Positions 37,130-51,640 of a stretch of 64,000 bases of DNA are shown here, one piece after another. Source of the DNA: Octopus vulgaris. Lineage: Eukaryota. Location: the NCBI GenBank assembly GCA_951406725.2, contig OX597816.1, positions 79,050,001-79,114,000 of the forward strand. Direction: 5' to 3'. The notes beneath the pieces are model-generated. The model was given only the letters and a program-made list of their open reading frames with translations. It searched no databases and was not told the origin of the DNA. The position numbers and the translations under genes are program-made. How positions within the stretch are numbered: the stretch's first letter is position 1; every line of letters begins with the position of its first letter.

Positions 37130-40100
37130 GTAATGTGATTCCGCAGTTCAAAGCTGGAAACACACAGGCACTCATAGATATTACAGTGTAATCTGTTGAC
37201 TGAATTGAGATGGATGCTGAACTGTGACATTTTTGTTTTGCAGCATCAAGTCCTCTTCAAAGGCAGTTGCTGCTCTTGAAGTGAGATACCTCCACGTTGA
37301 ACTGTCTGTGGCAGAAGCTTCAAGTTCATGTGGACCAAAGCTGCTCCATTTGAGGTTGCTTTTCAGAATGTCTTTGTACCTCAGCTAAGGTCTTCCTTGT
37401 TTGCATGAGGTCACCATACAACAGCTGGCTGGGTACACAGTGGTCATCGGAATAACTGATGACATACCAGTCCAGTGCAAATGAACCTTCAACAACATTG
37501 ACTTAACGTTTGTTGAACTAGCTCTGTCCAGCACTTCTTGGTTTGTCACTCTGTCCTGCCAGTGAATGCCCATGATTCTGCATAGTCTCCTTGTGTGAAA
37601 CTGTTCCAGCTGTTTGATGTGCCAGTGATATGGGGTTCATGTTTCGCATCAATAGAATAGTATAGAGATGACTACAGCCTGGTCAATTGTCGACCTCATA
37701 GACAGTCTGATGCCTTTCTGCTGGAGGACTTTCACTTTCAATCCTCCAAGTACTTGGCTAGTTTTGTGGACTCTGAATAAGATTTCACTGTCTTATGATG
37801 CATTGACTGATATTGTGCAACCAAAGTACTTGAAAATCATCACACACTTAAGCTGGTCTCTCTCAATGGTGATGTTTGGCTGGAGGTGAATTGTGTTCAG
37901 AGCTGCTTGGGCTACAACCTCTATTTGCTCAAGACTCATGGTCAGTCCAAAGAGCCTTGACCCTTCTGCAAGGTTGTTAACAATGGTCTGCAGGCGATTT
38001 TGCTTTATGTGCCATAAGGGCAAAGTCATCTGCAAATAGGGCTTCAGTAATGGACTTTTCACTGTCTTGGTTGAAGCAGAGAGTTGGTGGTGGTCAAAAG
38101 CAGAGCTGCTTGAGTAATATCTAATGTATACACACCCAGGTCTAAGTCTTACACTGTGCAAAGTAGGACCTGTGTGAAGAACAAGTTGAACAATGTGGGG
38201 GTGAGTATGCAGCCCTGATTCACATCATTGGGGATATTGAAAGAGTTGGTGCAGTCATCATTGCAGAGAACTTGACTAGTAATATTATCATGAATCTTAT
38301 CAGTATGGTGACCGTGTGTGGGCAGCCCAGCTTAGGATTGTTCACAAAGCTTCTCTCTTGACTGTGTCAAAAGCTTTGGTCTGGTCTATGAACATGGAAT
38401 ACAAATTTATCTGTTGTTCAATACACTTCTCCTTGACTTAACACACAGCAAACTCCATGTCTATGGTGCTGCAACCAGGGCAGAAGCCACACTGGGGTTC
38501 AGGCAAGTTGCTCTCAGAGATGTTGGTGAGGAGCCTGTTGAAGAGGATGCAGGTCAGGATTTTTTCAGCAATGGAAACCAGGGAAATGCTCCAATTCCTG
38601 CAGTCTGATTTGGCCCCTTCGTTCTTGTACAGTGTAACTATGGTGGTGTCTTAGAAGTCAGCTAGTATACACTTTTCCTCCCAAATGGATGCAAAGATAT
38701 CATGGAATGCACTGAAAGCTGTGGTACCAAGTGCCTTGTACGGTTTTGCAGGAATTCTGTCTGCTCCCAGAGCCTTGCCACAGTTCATTTTTTTAATGGC
38801 AGTCTTGGCCTCATTTACACTAAGCAGCAAGTCAAGGTCTTTGTGTAGAGTCTTCTGAGGTATTTGCTGCTATGTTTCCTGGTTGACAGTGGACAGCCAG
38901 TTTAGGTGTCGGTTCAAGTGCTCCTCTCACCTTGCCCTGATTCCTTCTTTGTTGTTGATGATTGTTGAGCCATCAGCAGATGTCAGGGAGCTGTAGATGG
39001 GTTTGATAGCACTGTACAGCATCTTGGAGTTGTTGGTTTCAGTGCAGAGCTGCACTTCTTCAGCTTCCAGCTGTCACCATCAATCTTGCATATTGTGAAG
39101 CTTCCTCAGGGGTCTGGTTTGCCAGTCACACCATGTGGGTCAGTTTGGATGATTCTGGCAATCATGTAAACCTTTCTCTTATCATCTGACTGTGCCTGTA
39201 TTGCTTTATTATCATCATTAAAACAGTCCTGAAGAAGCTTTTCCTTTGAGCTTAGAACTATTTTGGCTGTCTTTGAACTGACTTCTTTGAACTGGTTCCA
39301 CTTTTCCTCTGATTCACCGGTTAGTGGTCCTATTGCCTTGAACTTGATTTCAAGTTTAGGCAGGAACTCTTGCTGGTATTTGGTTGAAAGTAGTCTGTGT
39401 TGAAGGCCAGTCTAATAAGCTTTGGGCGCTTGTGGTGCTGGAGAACTATGTGGATGTTGAGCATGGATCTTACGAGTCTATGATCTGTCCAGCACTCTGC
39501 TTCATGCATTGCCTTGGTGATGAGGATATCACTGCTGTCATGCTGGTGGGTGATTATGTAATCAATAATTTTCCCGTTTTGAATATGCATACATCCATGA
39601 TGTCTTATACTTAATCAGCCTGCCAGAAGTTGGTGTTGGTAATCAGCAGGTTGTGCTCGATGTATCTGCTCAGCAAAAGAAGTCCATTGCTATTGATCTT
39701 CTCATCTCCCTGCTTCCCTATAACTCCTCTCCAGTGCTCCTCATCTCTGCTGACTCTGGTGTTGAGTTGCCTAGTATTACAAGCTTGTCATTAGCAGGCA
39801 TGTCAGATAGAGCAGCATCCAGATCAGCATAGAATTGTTCTCTGATCTCTTATGTGCACATCATTGTAGGGGCATACACACTTATGATGATAATGAATTG
39901 TTTGTTGCTGACAGGGAGGCAAAGTTTCAGAAGCCTTTCATTTGCACCTGTGGGAAGACAGGGAATCTGTTTTAGGAGACTCCAACTCCATGTATTTTGT
40001 CCTCATGTAGAGCCTTACCTTTACAGAAGAATGTGTAGCTGCTATCTGATTCTGTCAGCGACCCTTCCCTGGCCTGTTGAGTTTCACTAATTGCTGCTAT

Positions 40101-40900
40101 GTTGATATTGGACCAATAACTAGGTTTTCCTTTCTCAATTTAGACTGACCACAAATGGATAAATCTATCAGCTGCAGTTAACTGGCCAGAACTGTTTAGG
40201 GCAAGTTTTCATTAGGCCACCTTTTCTAGGCCTTCCCTTCCTAGGATGAGCAGTGCTGTTCTGAAGAAGCTACTCACCCACCAGGGAAGCTGCCAAAGTT
40301 CTTTGCTGTCCAATATGAAGAACAGCAACCATGCAGGCTTGTGACTAAAATTTCTAGTGGTCACCTTCAACTGTCCCTTTCACCACTTTTCCATTGCCAC
40401 AGGACTTAAGGTTGACAGTTGGAAGGCTGAAAAGCACAGACACCTGTGCATGAATTTGTTTTAAGTGGGAGATCCATTGCATAGAGGCCAATACCACTTG
40501 CTCAGCAGAAAGAACCTTGATTCAGGAGCAAAGAAAAGTATTAAAGCTGGTTACCCTTCCTGGTGCAGTGGATGGCCAGGGTTCTATAGTGTTTTGTCAT
40601 GTTCTAGGCACTCTACAACTCCCGCTGGTATTGCCTTTCTCTCTGTTGGACCTCACTGGTGGTTTTCTCTACCCAGTATGCCAGAACCAGTCTTCACATG
40701 CATGGTTAGACAACCCATATCTCGCTGAGGGTTTGAGACCCACAGGCTACACTCAGCTGGTTTAGCTCACCAGTCAAAGTGTGTCCAATGTACATGCAGA
40801 CAGCTACATGGAGCCGCAGGTGAGAGCTGAGTACCTGGTGGGTACCAAGGTGAATGAGTCACTCCTAAGAAGCATGAGTAGCCTCTCCAACTAGAGGTAC
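37130..40900 (-). mobile_element. RTE-BovB-like LINE, near full length, disrupted
   Basis: APE motifs (ISVYAPT, IDYII, ECWTDHRL), RT region and C-terminal GIHWQDRVTNQEVL..A...MLLK.HLHWTG. Confidence 0.85.
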
Positions 40901-40944
40901 TATCCTTCTCTCAATGCCCCAAGGGTATATAAAAGGAATTATAT

Positions 40945-41350
40945 ACTCTTTACTCTTTTACTTGTTTCAGTCATTTGACTGCGGCCATGCTGGAGCACTG
41001 CCTTTAGTCGAGCAACGACTTATTCTTTGTAAGCCTAGTACTTATTCTATTGGTCTCTTTTGCCAAACAACTAAGTTACGGGGACGTAAACACATCACTA
41101 TCAGTTGTCAAGCAATGTTGGGGGACAAACACAAACACATAAATACACACACACACACACACACACATACATACATATATACATATATACGACGGGCTTC
41201 TTTCAGTTTCTGTCTACCAAATCCACTTACAAGGCTTTGGTCAGCCCGAGGCTATAGTAGAAGACACTTGCCCAAGGTGCCACGAAGTGGGAATGAACCC
41301 GGAACCATGTGGTTGGTAAGTAAGCTACTTACCACACAGCCACTCCTGCA
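40945..41350 (-). mobile_element. 410-bp SINE family copy
   Basis: Closely similar to 2380-2790. Confidence 0.9.
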
Positions 41351-42779
41351 ACTAGTATATGTATAAATATAAATATAAAACTATAAAAGGAATATAATAG
41401 AATATAAAAATATTAAAATAAGAATATAAAAATATAAACATAAAAGGAAGTTTAAAAGTATACAATATATATACCTACACACACCCACATGTACATAAAT
41501 AAACAACACACTTCTATATATTGTTGAATGGCAATGGACTACTCATAGGTTCTTCCACCTTTTGGTGAGTCTTACTTTTTGTCCTACAGGGTGTCCAACA
41601 ATCACCCTCTTCACCAAGCAAACTCAGTGGTTGCCAGTTTAGTTGCCGATGAACCGACCATGTGATCGGTTGTATTGGGTTATATGTCACCAACAGTGCT
41701 CAAGTGCAACCTGATATAAGTATGTAATATATATATACATGAAAACAAGCATAAGGAAATAACTGAAATAAAAAAAAGATACATTGTAACCTGAAAACAT
41801 GGCATTGTAAAGTGCATCTTTCTCTCCTCATAGCTTGTGGGTGACTGAAGCTAGAGATGTAGGCACTTCTCTGTGTAGCTGAAGCAGTTTATATATTGCC
41901 AGATGTTTATTTTCTAAAATAAACTCCTATAAGTTATGCTGTTATAGTGTCTATAGATATGGTGATTAATCATAATAATAAAAGATAAAGGTCATGTTCA
42001 GGCATAATGGTAAAATGCAGTGATCAATTTTCTGTAGAAACTGTAAATGATAGAATAACTTTGAAAATTTTGAAATCAGCAGGTAAAAATCAATTACACC
42101 CATTACATGAGAAACAACTTTTCGATTGTAGACCTGTGAAATTAATAAATAGAAAATTGAGGATAATTTCTGGAATTTTCAAACTGCCAATCTAATGATT
42201 TTAGTATTTCATCATCGTTACTGTCAGCTGAGAACCATGCCCTGCCCTTTTGAAACACATCATTATCATTTCCCACTTAATATCTTTAATTCTCAACTGT
42301 TACTAAGTCATTTTCTGAATATGTTTGCTCAAATTCTTACTGATCTTATGATCACTTGTAAACAATCAATGCTTTAGTCTTTTGTTAAAGGTAGTGTTCA
42401 GGTGTGATCAATTTCATATTTGAAAAATAGGTAAAATGCTTAAAAACTCATAAAACAACATTATCAGCAAACAAACATTTGTAAACAATCTAATTATGCA
42501 CCGACAACATAACTTTATTTTCAATTTGACAAGATTTTCAACACAATTCCTACTAATTTGGTTGAATGTCAAGTTAGAAATTCCTGGTAAAAAAGGAATA
42601 CAGAAGGTTGATCAAAGTTTTACCAAATATAGACTGACTAGTGTAATCTTATAAAATTATCCAGAGCAGCAATGGACCTGTGCACACTACACAAACATGA
42701 AAGTCTAATAAACAAAACATTTCTATTTAGTTTGGATATAACCAGAATTTCTAAAACTAGAGTAAATTTAAAAACTTAC

Positions 42780-43094
42780 CTAATTGTGGACAATTATTTT
42801 CTCTGATGTAGACATAATCAAGTAAAACTCCACACACTCCATAGCTTACACTTTGTGCCTGGAAAACGAGTTTTGTAATCTCTTGCTGAATATACACTTG
42901 AGCTATTCCCCATGGAGTTGTATCATCACTCACCATACTTAAAATAGTGTTGTTAAAGGCATTATAGATGGCCAGCTTGCAATTTTTGTTGATTATCTTA
43001 TATCTAATTTGTACACAGCTGTTGGTGATATTTTCAGTTGGAGATGCCAACGTGCTTTCATGATAGTAGGAGAGTGTAGTTTGCATATAAAAGC
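42780..43094 (-). CDS. MAM/LDLa gene exon E: remainder of MAM domain 2
   Basis: ttttctctag acceptor, gtaagt donor, 315 nt, phase 1/1. GFYMQTTLS...LASP...SCVQIRY...PWGIAQV...LVFQA...VLLDYVYIRENNCPQL (within ORF 42757..43125). Confidence 0.9.
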
Positions 43095-43794
43095 CTAGAG
43101 AAAAAAAATTTAAAATTTTATTCAATTTGTAACATAGACATACTGAATGTGATTTAATTCATCTTAAAATAGTAAAAAATACTTTCTCTGAAAATTGGTA
43201 ATAATTATTAGTTTCACCTTCTGAAACGTTTTATTACAACATACAGACAGATATTTGGATTGTGAGAGTATATTCTACAACTGACAGGAGATCACTTGAA
43301 GAATCTGAATTCTTTGTACCTATTTATAGTTAAGAATACTCAGGCATTTTGGAGTTAAGTACATTGGTCATGAATACTATGTTGTATCAATGATAGGATA
43401 CAAAGGACTGTACTCTCAACTGAATGACTGATAATTAATCAAAATAGTCTACCATAGTCTCCTTTAACTATTCTTTGTATGGAACCTATTTGCATCTGGG
43501 AGAGCTAAGTATCTTAATTATGGATATAGCACAGCGGTGGTGATAGAAACCAGCTGAAAATACTTTCACTTGTATGATGATGCCTTATTGATTAGGTCTG
43601 CTGCAAAAATCCAAATAACTGCTGATCCAAGTCATTTGTTGATTTTCTTTTTTTTTAGCAATAAAAAATAAAAGGAACAATATAAAAGGAACACAAACAA
43701 ATAAATGTTTGTTGTGTGAAAAGTCTTTTCTTTTAGTGTTTCTCAGCATTTTTGTACACAGCATGTATTTACGTGTGTATGATGTTGTTGTTTC

Positions 43795-43950
43795 CTTGGT
43801 TGGCATTAGGAATGGAATCCAGCCATAGACACCAAGCAAAATCACATTGGAACTTGGTGTAGTTCTCCAGCTTGCCAGTTCTGATCAAACTGTCAAATCC
43901 AAGTCATCTTAAAATGTCTGTTTTATGATGACAATGATGCGGATGATGCA
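43795..43950 (+). mobile_element. Short RTE 3'-end fragment
   Basis: ggttggcattaggaatggaatccagccatag...(GAT)n-like tail. Confidence 0.6.
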
Positions 43951-44432
43951 TGCATGTGTGTGCATATGTTCATGTGTATAGCAAATATATGCAATCAATG
44001 AAACTGATATCCTTCACAAAATTCAAACTGTTTGTCAAATATGTAGATCCTTAAGAGTCAAAGATGCAATTTCCTTTTAATGATAAACTGATAAGTGATA
44101 TAAAATGATATAAAAGTTATATAAGAGCATAAACATCAAAATACCTCAAAGCGATAAATGGTGCAAACCAAACAAAAAAAAACAAAACAAAATATTTATC
44201 AAGGCTTCAATGAGAATTTATTATGTCCATGCAAAAATATTAATAACGTAGGAAGGTTTGAACAAGTAATTGAATCTTAGCTTTAGACTCAGTTTTCCAC
44301 AAGTATACTTCTTTATATTTCAAGTTCAAAAATCATAGATAACTAACTGAACACGTAAGTCTGCTGATAAATATACATTCATCAGAAATAAAAGAAGGCT
44401 CATGCAATATAAAATAAAGAATAATTACTTAC

Positions 44433-44543
44433 CATCTGTTAGGTCAGTATCATTTCTTGAATTTATTCTTTCCCATTTTGAGTAGTAATTTAAGTTGCCA
44501 TACTGGCATGTGCCTTCTGTGAAACCACAGGAAATATTTCTGT
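44433..44543 (-). CDS. MAM/LDLa gene exon D: N-terminal part of MAM domain 2
   Basis: ctttttcattaaag acceptor, gtaagt donor, 111 nt, phase 1/1. DRNISCGFTEGTCQYGNLNYYSKWERINSRNDTDLTD. Not in the ORF track. Confidence 0.85.
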
Positions 44544-46834
44544 CTTTAATGAAAAAGAGGAAAAAAAACCAACAACATTATTTACTTCATGTCATAAAAT
44601 ATTCTCAAAACTGAAAAAGATAGCTTGTTATTGTACACAACAAATAAACAGAAGCATTGAAAACAGAATGTTTGAAATCAGAGAAAAATGAGGTGAGCAT
44701 GATTCTTTTGATGTGTAATATTAACTTAAGAGAGGAGAATCAGTAAGTTGCCAATGACCTTAATCAGTCTGATGTTTCCTGTCTGTGAGCCCTATTTTAG
44801 TCAATCATGTGGATCAAAAATTTGTAATTTGGGTAGTCAACCATTTTAAACTGAGGACTACCTACTGGATCTCTATTCACTATACTAATGAATACTCTAT
44901 CTAGGTATGATCTCGCTGACACACTGTGGTTGTTTCATGATGTCATATTTGGGAAATCCAGCTAGTAGATATTGGAAAGGTCTGATCAGGTTTTGATACT
45001 TAAGTAGCTCTTCTTAAAGATTAACCCTATACAGTCTTAGTAAGCATCTAAAATATGAAATTATAACAAACAGAAGGCTGTTTACAACTTGCTACAATTC
45101 ATTGATAATTTTATTGATAGTCAAGCCCAAGAAATCAAAAGGAAATATTGTTTTAGAATCATATCTGTTGCCTTTATTTTGTATTTCCTTATACAGTATT
45201 TATAAATTGTTTATGCAAATCACTACCTTGTTAATAAGTGTTTCTCTTTCTTTAATTAATCATTAAAATGTTGCTGATTTGTTGTTTCATTTATAAGAAC
45301 TACAAGAAATTATTGATGCAATTTTGGCTTTTTGTCATGTATCTTCGATCATAAATGTTATATGTTGTAAATAGCTGTACTTTTGTGTTTCATTTGTATA
45401 TAAAAAACTATAGTTAATCAACTACAACTATCAACAACATCAGTAGTTACTAGCTCAATAGTAAACAGTTGTAGTTGTTAACTTTAGATCCCTTATGTCT
45501 TATAATTCTTTTCTTTTATTAACAATAGTAACACATCTATTAGGCAACTTGTCAAGTGCACAAGTGGTTAGCTGAATTGTTAGAATGTTGGACATAATGG
45601 CTTGTAGTATTTGTTCTAACTTTTTATATTCTGAGTTCAACTTCTACTGAAATCATGTTTGCCTTTTATCCCTCTTGGGTCAATAAAATAAAGTGCAAGT
45701 AAAGTAGTGGGGTTGATGTTATCAGCTAAACCCACCCTTCAGAATTGTTGGGCAAAGAAATGCAGGAGTAAGAATAAGAGACATTTGACATGGTGTAGAC
45801 CTGTGATTAGTAGTAACTTTTGTATTGCTGTATGAGGCTAAATGAAAGGTAACCTGTGGTTGGCAGGGACATCAAAATGAACCTGCAAATCCTAAAGACC
45901 CCTGAAAACCACAAAGCCATACTAGAACTGTATCTAGTAAGTAAAGAGGTGCTGAGACAAAGAACTTGTGACTGATGGTACCGAATAGAAAGCTTAATTG
46001 TTACATTTGTCAGAGTAAAATATACCTTAAATCTAAGTGCACAGAAGAACTGGGAAAAATAATAAAAATTGTTCACAGCATCAGAAAGAGCAGCAAGCCC
46101 TAGTTTCCTGAATACCACCAGCCAAAGTTCTGGAGATAGCAAAAGAAATCTCTTTAAGCCCTGTATCATATACAGGTGATAAAATGCTTTGTCTCCTAAC
46201 AATGCCAACTAACAATGCCATCATGCTATGAAGAAGACATAATTACAGATGAAATTATGAAGGAAAAAAGGAAAAGTATCACAAAAAACAAACATAAAAC
46301 AATGGAAACATGAGTTGGACGAATTTCTTAAAAACAGTAACAAAATCTCTCATCAGGAGAAAAATGAAGAAAATGCAGAGGTTGAAAATGAACTAAGCAT
46401 CACTATTCTTTAAAAAAATCAAACTAACAGATAGACAGAATTACACACATCTAGTGGCAAGGACTCTCTAAAGAAGTCATAATAATACAAACACAGTTAG
46501 GCACAGAATACAAACAACACACAAAAGATATTTTGTCAAACTTTAAAAAAAAAGAACACTTTCAAGATGTTTGTGTATCTCAGTACCAAATATCTCAAAA
46601 AGGGTTTACTGGTGCATCTGGTCATACTAGACTGCAGTTTGAGAAATGGTTATGTGAATAGGCATATAGAGTTTTCAACTCAACCTAGTCAGGAAATCTT
46701 TCATGTCATGTTTCTTTAAACTATATCTTGTTTTAATTACTGTATGTTTTATTGTACATTTTAAATTTATTTCAGAGCAAATACATTGATGAGTATTCAT
46801 ATATATATGTATATGTATGAAAATGTGAGTGCAT

Positions 46835-47430
46835 TAGATGAAATGTAGTTTGGGTTTTATGCTGAGGAGGAGCACTACTGATGCTATCTTTATAGTCAGA
46901 CAACTGTAGGAGAAATATTTGACTAAGAATAAACCATTGTACTTGGTTCTTGTTGACTTGGAAAAAGCCTTCAACGGAGTAACCCACTGTGTGATATGGT
47001 GAGCTCTGAGGAAGCCAGGGGTAGATGAGTGGGTTTTGAAAGCTGTACATGCCATGTACTGAGGTTCTGTCAGGAAGATGAGAGTTAACCATGAGTACAG
47101 TGACAAATTTAGTGTATAGGTAGGTATTCATCAGGTATCAGTTCTCAATGCCCTTCTATTCATTGTCTTACAGGCCATAACAGGAATTCAAGATTGGTTG
47201 TCCTTGGCAACTGCTATATGCTGATGGTCTTGCTCTTGCAGTAAATTCTGAGACAGAACTAGAAAAGAAAATTCTGGTGTAGAAGCAAAGCATGGAATTG
47301 AAGGGCCTTAACGTTAACTTAGTAAAGACCAAGATTCTAGTGAGCAAGAAAACAGTCTGGACCCTACCCTCTTTAGGTAAATGGCCCTACTCAATGTGTA
47401 GGAAAGATGTAAGCGGGAATTTCATATGTA
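46835..47430 (+). mobile_element. RTE LINE RT fragment
   Basis: STTDAIFIVRQL, VDLEKAF, GIHQVSVL, YADG, KGLNVNLVKTK, KWPYSMCRK. Confidence 0.85.
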
Positions 47431-47569
47431 GTATGTCATTGTTCAACACAGCTTCAGGTCTATCAAGCTTTCATTCTTGGCTCAAGCAATAACAGAGGGA
47501 AGAGAGATAAAGATTTTAGAATATAGACTAAAAAGACAAGAACCTTATGGAGAGTGTGAGCTGTATTGT

Positions 47570-50100
47570 TTAGTAGTATTTTTTGATTTTGAATTTGCTA
47601 GGATTTCCTGGGATATTTTCAGGAAAGCCATTGACTGTTTTTTGCCTTTTATAATGATCCCCAGTGCTCCGATCACAGTTAGCTTTGCTTCTGTCTTTAG
47701 GTGACACATCCTGCTTGTTTCAGTTTCTAGGCTTTTATATTTGGTAATTTTATCATATTCCTTGACAAGTACATTTTGTTAGATGGTATAGTCATGTCTG
47801 TAAATAGGCTAGTGTTGTTTTTGGTGTGTTTAACAATAATAACTCAGCAGTTGGCATTAATTCTGTGATCAGTATATAGTGTAAAGTCATAAAGGACAGT
47901 GGTGTCATTACTTCTAACTACTGATTTAGGTTGGTGTTCAAACCAGCTTTCCACATGTTTAGCACTGAGGCTTTTGTACAAAGTCCTGTGAATGTATTGG
48001 CCAACTCTGTCGTACCTGGCTTTATATTCTGTTAGAATCAGTGTTGGCCAACCTGGTGGTATATGGTCCAATTATTTCATTATGGGCATCACAGACTCTG
48101 CACATGGAGTGTGCTCCATTTTTTAAGATGTCATCTTAATAATTTTTTGTATATAGACTGTAGTCCTAGGCAGCAAGAATGGATCCCCTGTTTCTACCTT
48201 CAGCCCTGAACTTTACAGCCACTGCTGGGTTTATGATTGATCTATATCAGCTTCCCTGGTGTTGTGTAGGTGTCAGGGGTAGACTGAGCTATTGGTCACT
48301 CAGGCACTGTTCAAGGGCCTGGAGCTCTGAGGGTCCCCCACTCTACATATTAACTATACTGAAACACACATTCAAAGGGGCCCGGTAAACAATTATACCC
48401 AAGGGCCCTTAATATTCTCAGTCCGCCCAGCTAGGTGTTGACGATTTCTACTGCAATCTGTCTTTTGAGGTTTTAGGTCCTTCCGCTTTTGCTTTCCTCT
48501 TGTGTACTTTGGCTGTCTGTGTTGATTTATGTCAGCTTTGTTAGCATTTTATATTTCTGCAAAGTGTTAATCTGCTCTATATTTCTCAGCTTCTTTGTTT
48601 ACAGAATGGAGTTTGTTATGGGATTCATGTTCTGTCTCGAACATCCAGTTATGGTTCTTGTTTAAGTACTTCTGCAGATCAATTGTAGCTATTTTATGTG
48701 AGAGAGCTCTATTTGGATTACACCTCTTCCACTTTCTTCCCTTGGCAGATAGAAGTGTTCTATATCTGCCTTTGGATGCTGCATTTAATTGATAGTTGGT
48801 AGTGTTCTGGTTTAGTCCATTCTTTGTAGGTCAGCAAGGTTCCTGTTGATGACAGTGAAACCATATTATATAACAGGCACTGCTGAATTGTAAATAGATT
48901 CTATGTAGTTTTGGGAGTTCAATTCAGTTTCCAGGATCAACTTTATTCTTCTGTAGTACTCCTTTTGAGTTTTCTCCTTCATTTGTGTATGCTGAATACC
49001 ATCATCCTCATTTATGCCATGATATTTATAAATTCTTTCTGGCTCTCATTCTTTCTTGGTTGCTTCTATGTCTGGTTGAATAAATAATGTCAGTTTTCCA
49101 CCTTAGAAGTTGTTTTTGTGCATTTGTCATTATCAAAGTGCATATCATTACTGAACTGCTTTATCATTGCTAAAAGTTTTAATTCTTAGTTATTCTTAAC
49201 ATACCACTTTAAATTGTTTATAAAATAGAGATGGTTGATCAGACTAGTTTTGTTATTGCTAAGTTTATATCCATACAGCGTGTTGTTTAGTTCATTTGAA
49301 AAAAGAAAAGAGTGCAACACAGAACAAAAGTGGTGAGAGTAAGTCAACTTGGATAATTCTACAGTTTTATTTTATTTTGCCAGACTTTATTGTTGTGGTT
49401 AAGACAAAGGGTTGTTGTGCACCAGGCTATATTATATCAGAGAAAATCTGAGATAGCTGAAAGGATTTTGTTTTTGTTAAGAGCTTTCAATATTCACTTA
49501 TGTCAAAAGATTTCATGTAGCTTATCCATGCAGTATTCAAATTATTATTTTTTTTCTTGTGACAGTTTTCAAGAATCACCCTATTAATGTGAAACTGATA
49601 TTTAGACCCATAGGAATTTAGTTTACTACATTTTTGTTATGGTATGACTGTGTTTTCTTCAAGAAAGGTGTACATTCTTTCTGTTAGTAGAGTCCTAAAT
49701 CTGGTAAGTTTTGATGAGACTTATAATGGGTTTATAGTTTCTTAGGTTTTTAGCTTGCTTTGTTTTGGAAAGGAGATACATGGTGCCTTTTGTCAATCAC
49801 TTTGGAGATTTATCAAGATTCTAAATAATGGTATTGAGTATTACCTTATGGATACCTGTAAGTGCATGCAACAAGTAAGTTGGCATTTGGTCTATTCCTG
49901 GTATATTCCATTTGTATGCTTTACTGAGGACCTGTCTCAGTTGTGGCCACTCTTAATTGTTTCCACCTCTGTTGTCCAACTTCCTACATTATTTCATAGT
50001 CTCTATTGATACAGGATGCTTCCCCACTGTATTCCTTTTAATTTGCTTCAAATGTTCTTCCAGAATTTCTCATCTTTCTCTGCTTGGTTGTTACTTTACT
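47570..50100 (-). mobile_element. Old R4/Dong-like element remnant
   Basis: ORF 47844..48071 YKARYDRVGQYIH...LYDFTLYTDHRINAN plus upstream RT-like traces; homologous to the 8701 element. Confidence 0.75.
48274..48430. mobile_element. hAT-type MITE nested in the R4 remnant
   Basis: TIRs caggggtagactgag and ctcagtccgcccag; 8-bp TSD gtaggtgt/ctaggtgt (one mismatch). Confidence 0.7.
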
Positions 50101-50221
50101 TCTACTTGCTGTTTCTCTGATTCTCTGTAGAACTTCTAGGTATCCAACTGGAAAATTTTATTTTTCTATAAAACTTATTTCTCTCAACAAACACACAAGC
50201 CCAATGTGCTTTAACTTGAAT

Positions 50222-50733
50222 AAACCCAGGAAGACATGGGACGAAGAAGTGAAGCATGATCTTTGAAATTTGGGCCATACAGAAGCAATGACTAGTGATT
50301 GAGACCTTTAGCAATATGCTGTGGTTGAGAAGACCCATCAAGCCAAGCGAAATTGTAGTCTTGGCTGATGCTGGTGTCATATAACTGGCACTCATGCCAG
50401 TAACACGTAAAAAGCATCGTTTGAATGTTGGGACTTATGGAGCCAATGACCAAGAACTTTGGCATTATGTTGTGCTTGAGAAGAAGACCCATCAAGCCAA
50501 GAAGAATTGCAGTCATGCAGATACCGTTGTCACACAAATGGCACCTGTGTCAGTGACAAGTAAAAGCAGCACCCATTACACTCTTGGAGTGGTTGCAATT
50601 AGGAAGGGCATCCAGCCATAGAAACCATGCCAAACTTGACTGGGGGCTGGTGCAGCCATCCAGCTTGCCAGCCTTGGTGAAACCATCCAACCCATGCCAG
50701 CATGGACAATGGACACTAAATGATGATGATGAT
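50222..50733 (+). mobile_element. RTE LINE 3' end
   Basis: PRKTWDEEVKHDL, 3' UTR and (GAT)n tail. Confidence 0.88.
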
Positions 50734-50769
50734 GTTTTATGATCTCTTGGTGTTATGAAGAATGTCTTA

Positions 50770-51640
50770 GCTAGTAATACATTTCCTTTTCACTTTCCTC
50801 AGATTCTTGTAGAATACGGAATGGAACTTGCTGCAGATTGACAATACATCCTTCAATTCCAATATCCTTCAACTACTTAGGTAGCAGTTTAGGTGATGTG
50901 CTAGGGGCACCAATTACCACAGGAACAATTATAACTTTTGCATTCTACAATCTCCTAATCTCTCTGGCTAAGGTCTTGATAGTTCACAATTTTCTTAGTT
51001 TCTTTGATGTCCACTCTCCTCTCATATAATACTGTGTAGTCTATGAGCATACACATTATTTTTTTGCCTTCATCTATCATATCTGGTCTCCTTGCTTCAA
51101 ATAGTATGGTCAGTCTTTATGGAAAAAGCTCATAAAATCCTGTAATTATCATTCACCATCACAATCTGTGGCTCATGCCACTGTTCTGTTATTTTGAATG
51201 CACACACATGGTTTACATCCCAATATACTCTTTTACTGACACAATCATACTTGTGGATATATTCTTATTGCACTGCCTTACTACATTCACTTAAGAGATG
51301 CTTAATGCTTTTACCTTCTATTCCACAGTTGTCTTTGCTCTCTGATTGAGTTTTATCAAACTTTGTTTGCACCAAGTGTGTTCTAATAATTTGTTTCTGA
51401 ATTGCTACAATTAACAATTCTACTTTTCATTTTAGGTTTTTACCTATCATTCACAACCAGCATTTTTCACTTCCAACATCCTCGGATTGGAGCATGAAAT
51501 GGCCATGTAAATGCTTCTTTCTAATTAAGTGTCCTGCCATCCTTCTTTTTGCTCTTGAATTCTCTCACTGCTTCAGTGACTTTTTGGACGTCTGCAGAGA
51601 GTATTCTTTTTTCATTATGCACAAACACAATTTTTCAAAG
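50770..51640 (-). mobile_element. Old R4/Dong-like 3' remnant
   Basis: Minus strand shows RPD and VIIVPVVIGAP (cf. VPVVIGALG). Confidence 0.6.

Noticed and set aside
45760-46560. A-rich stretch with faint LINE-like character
   Set aside because: No motif could be read confidently enough to assign a family.
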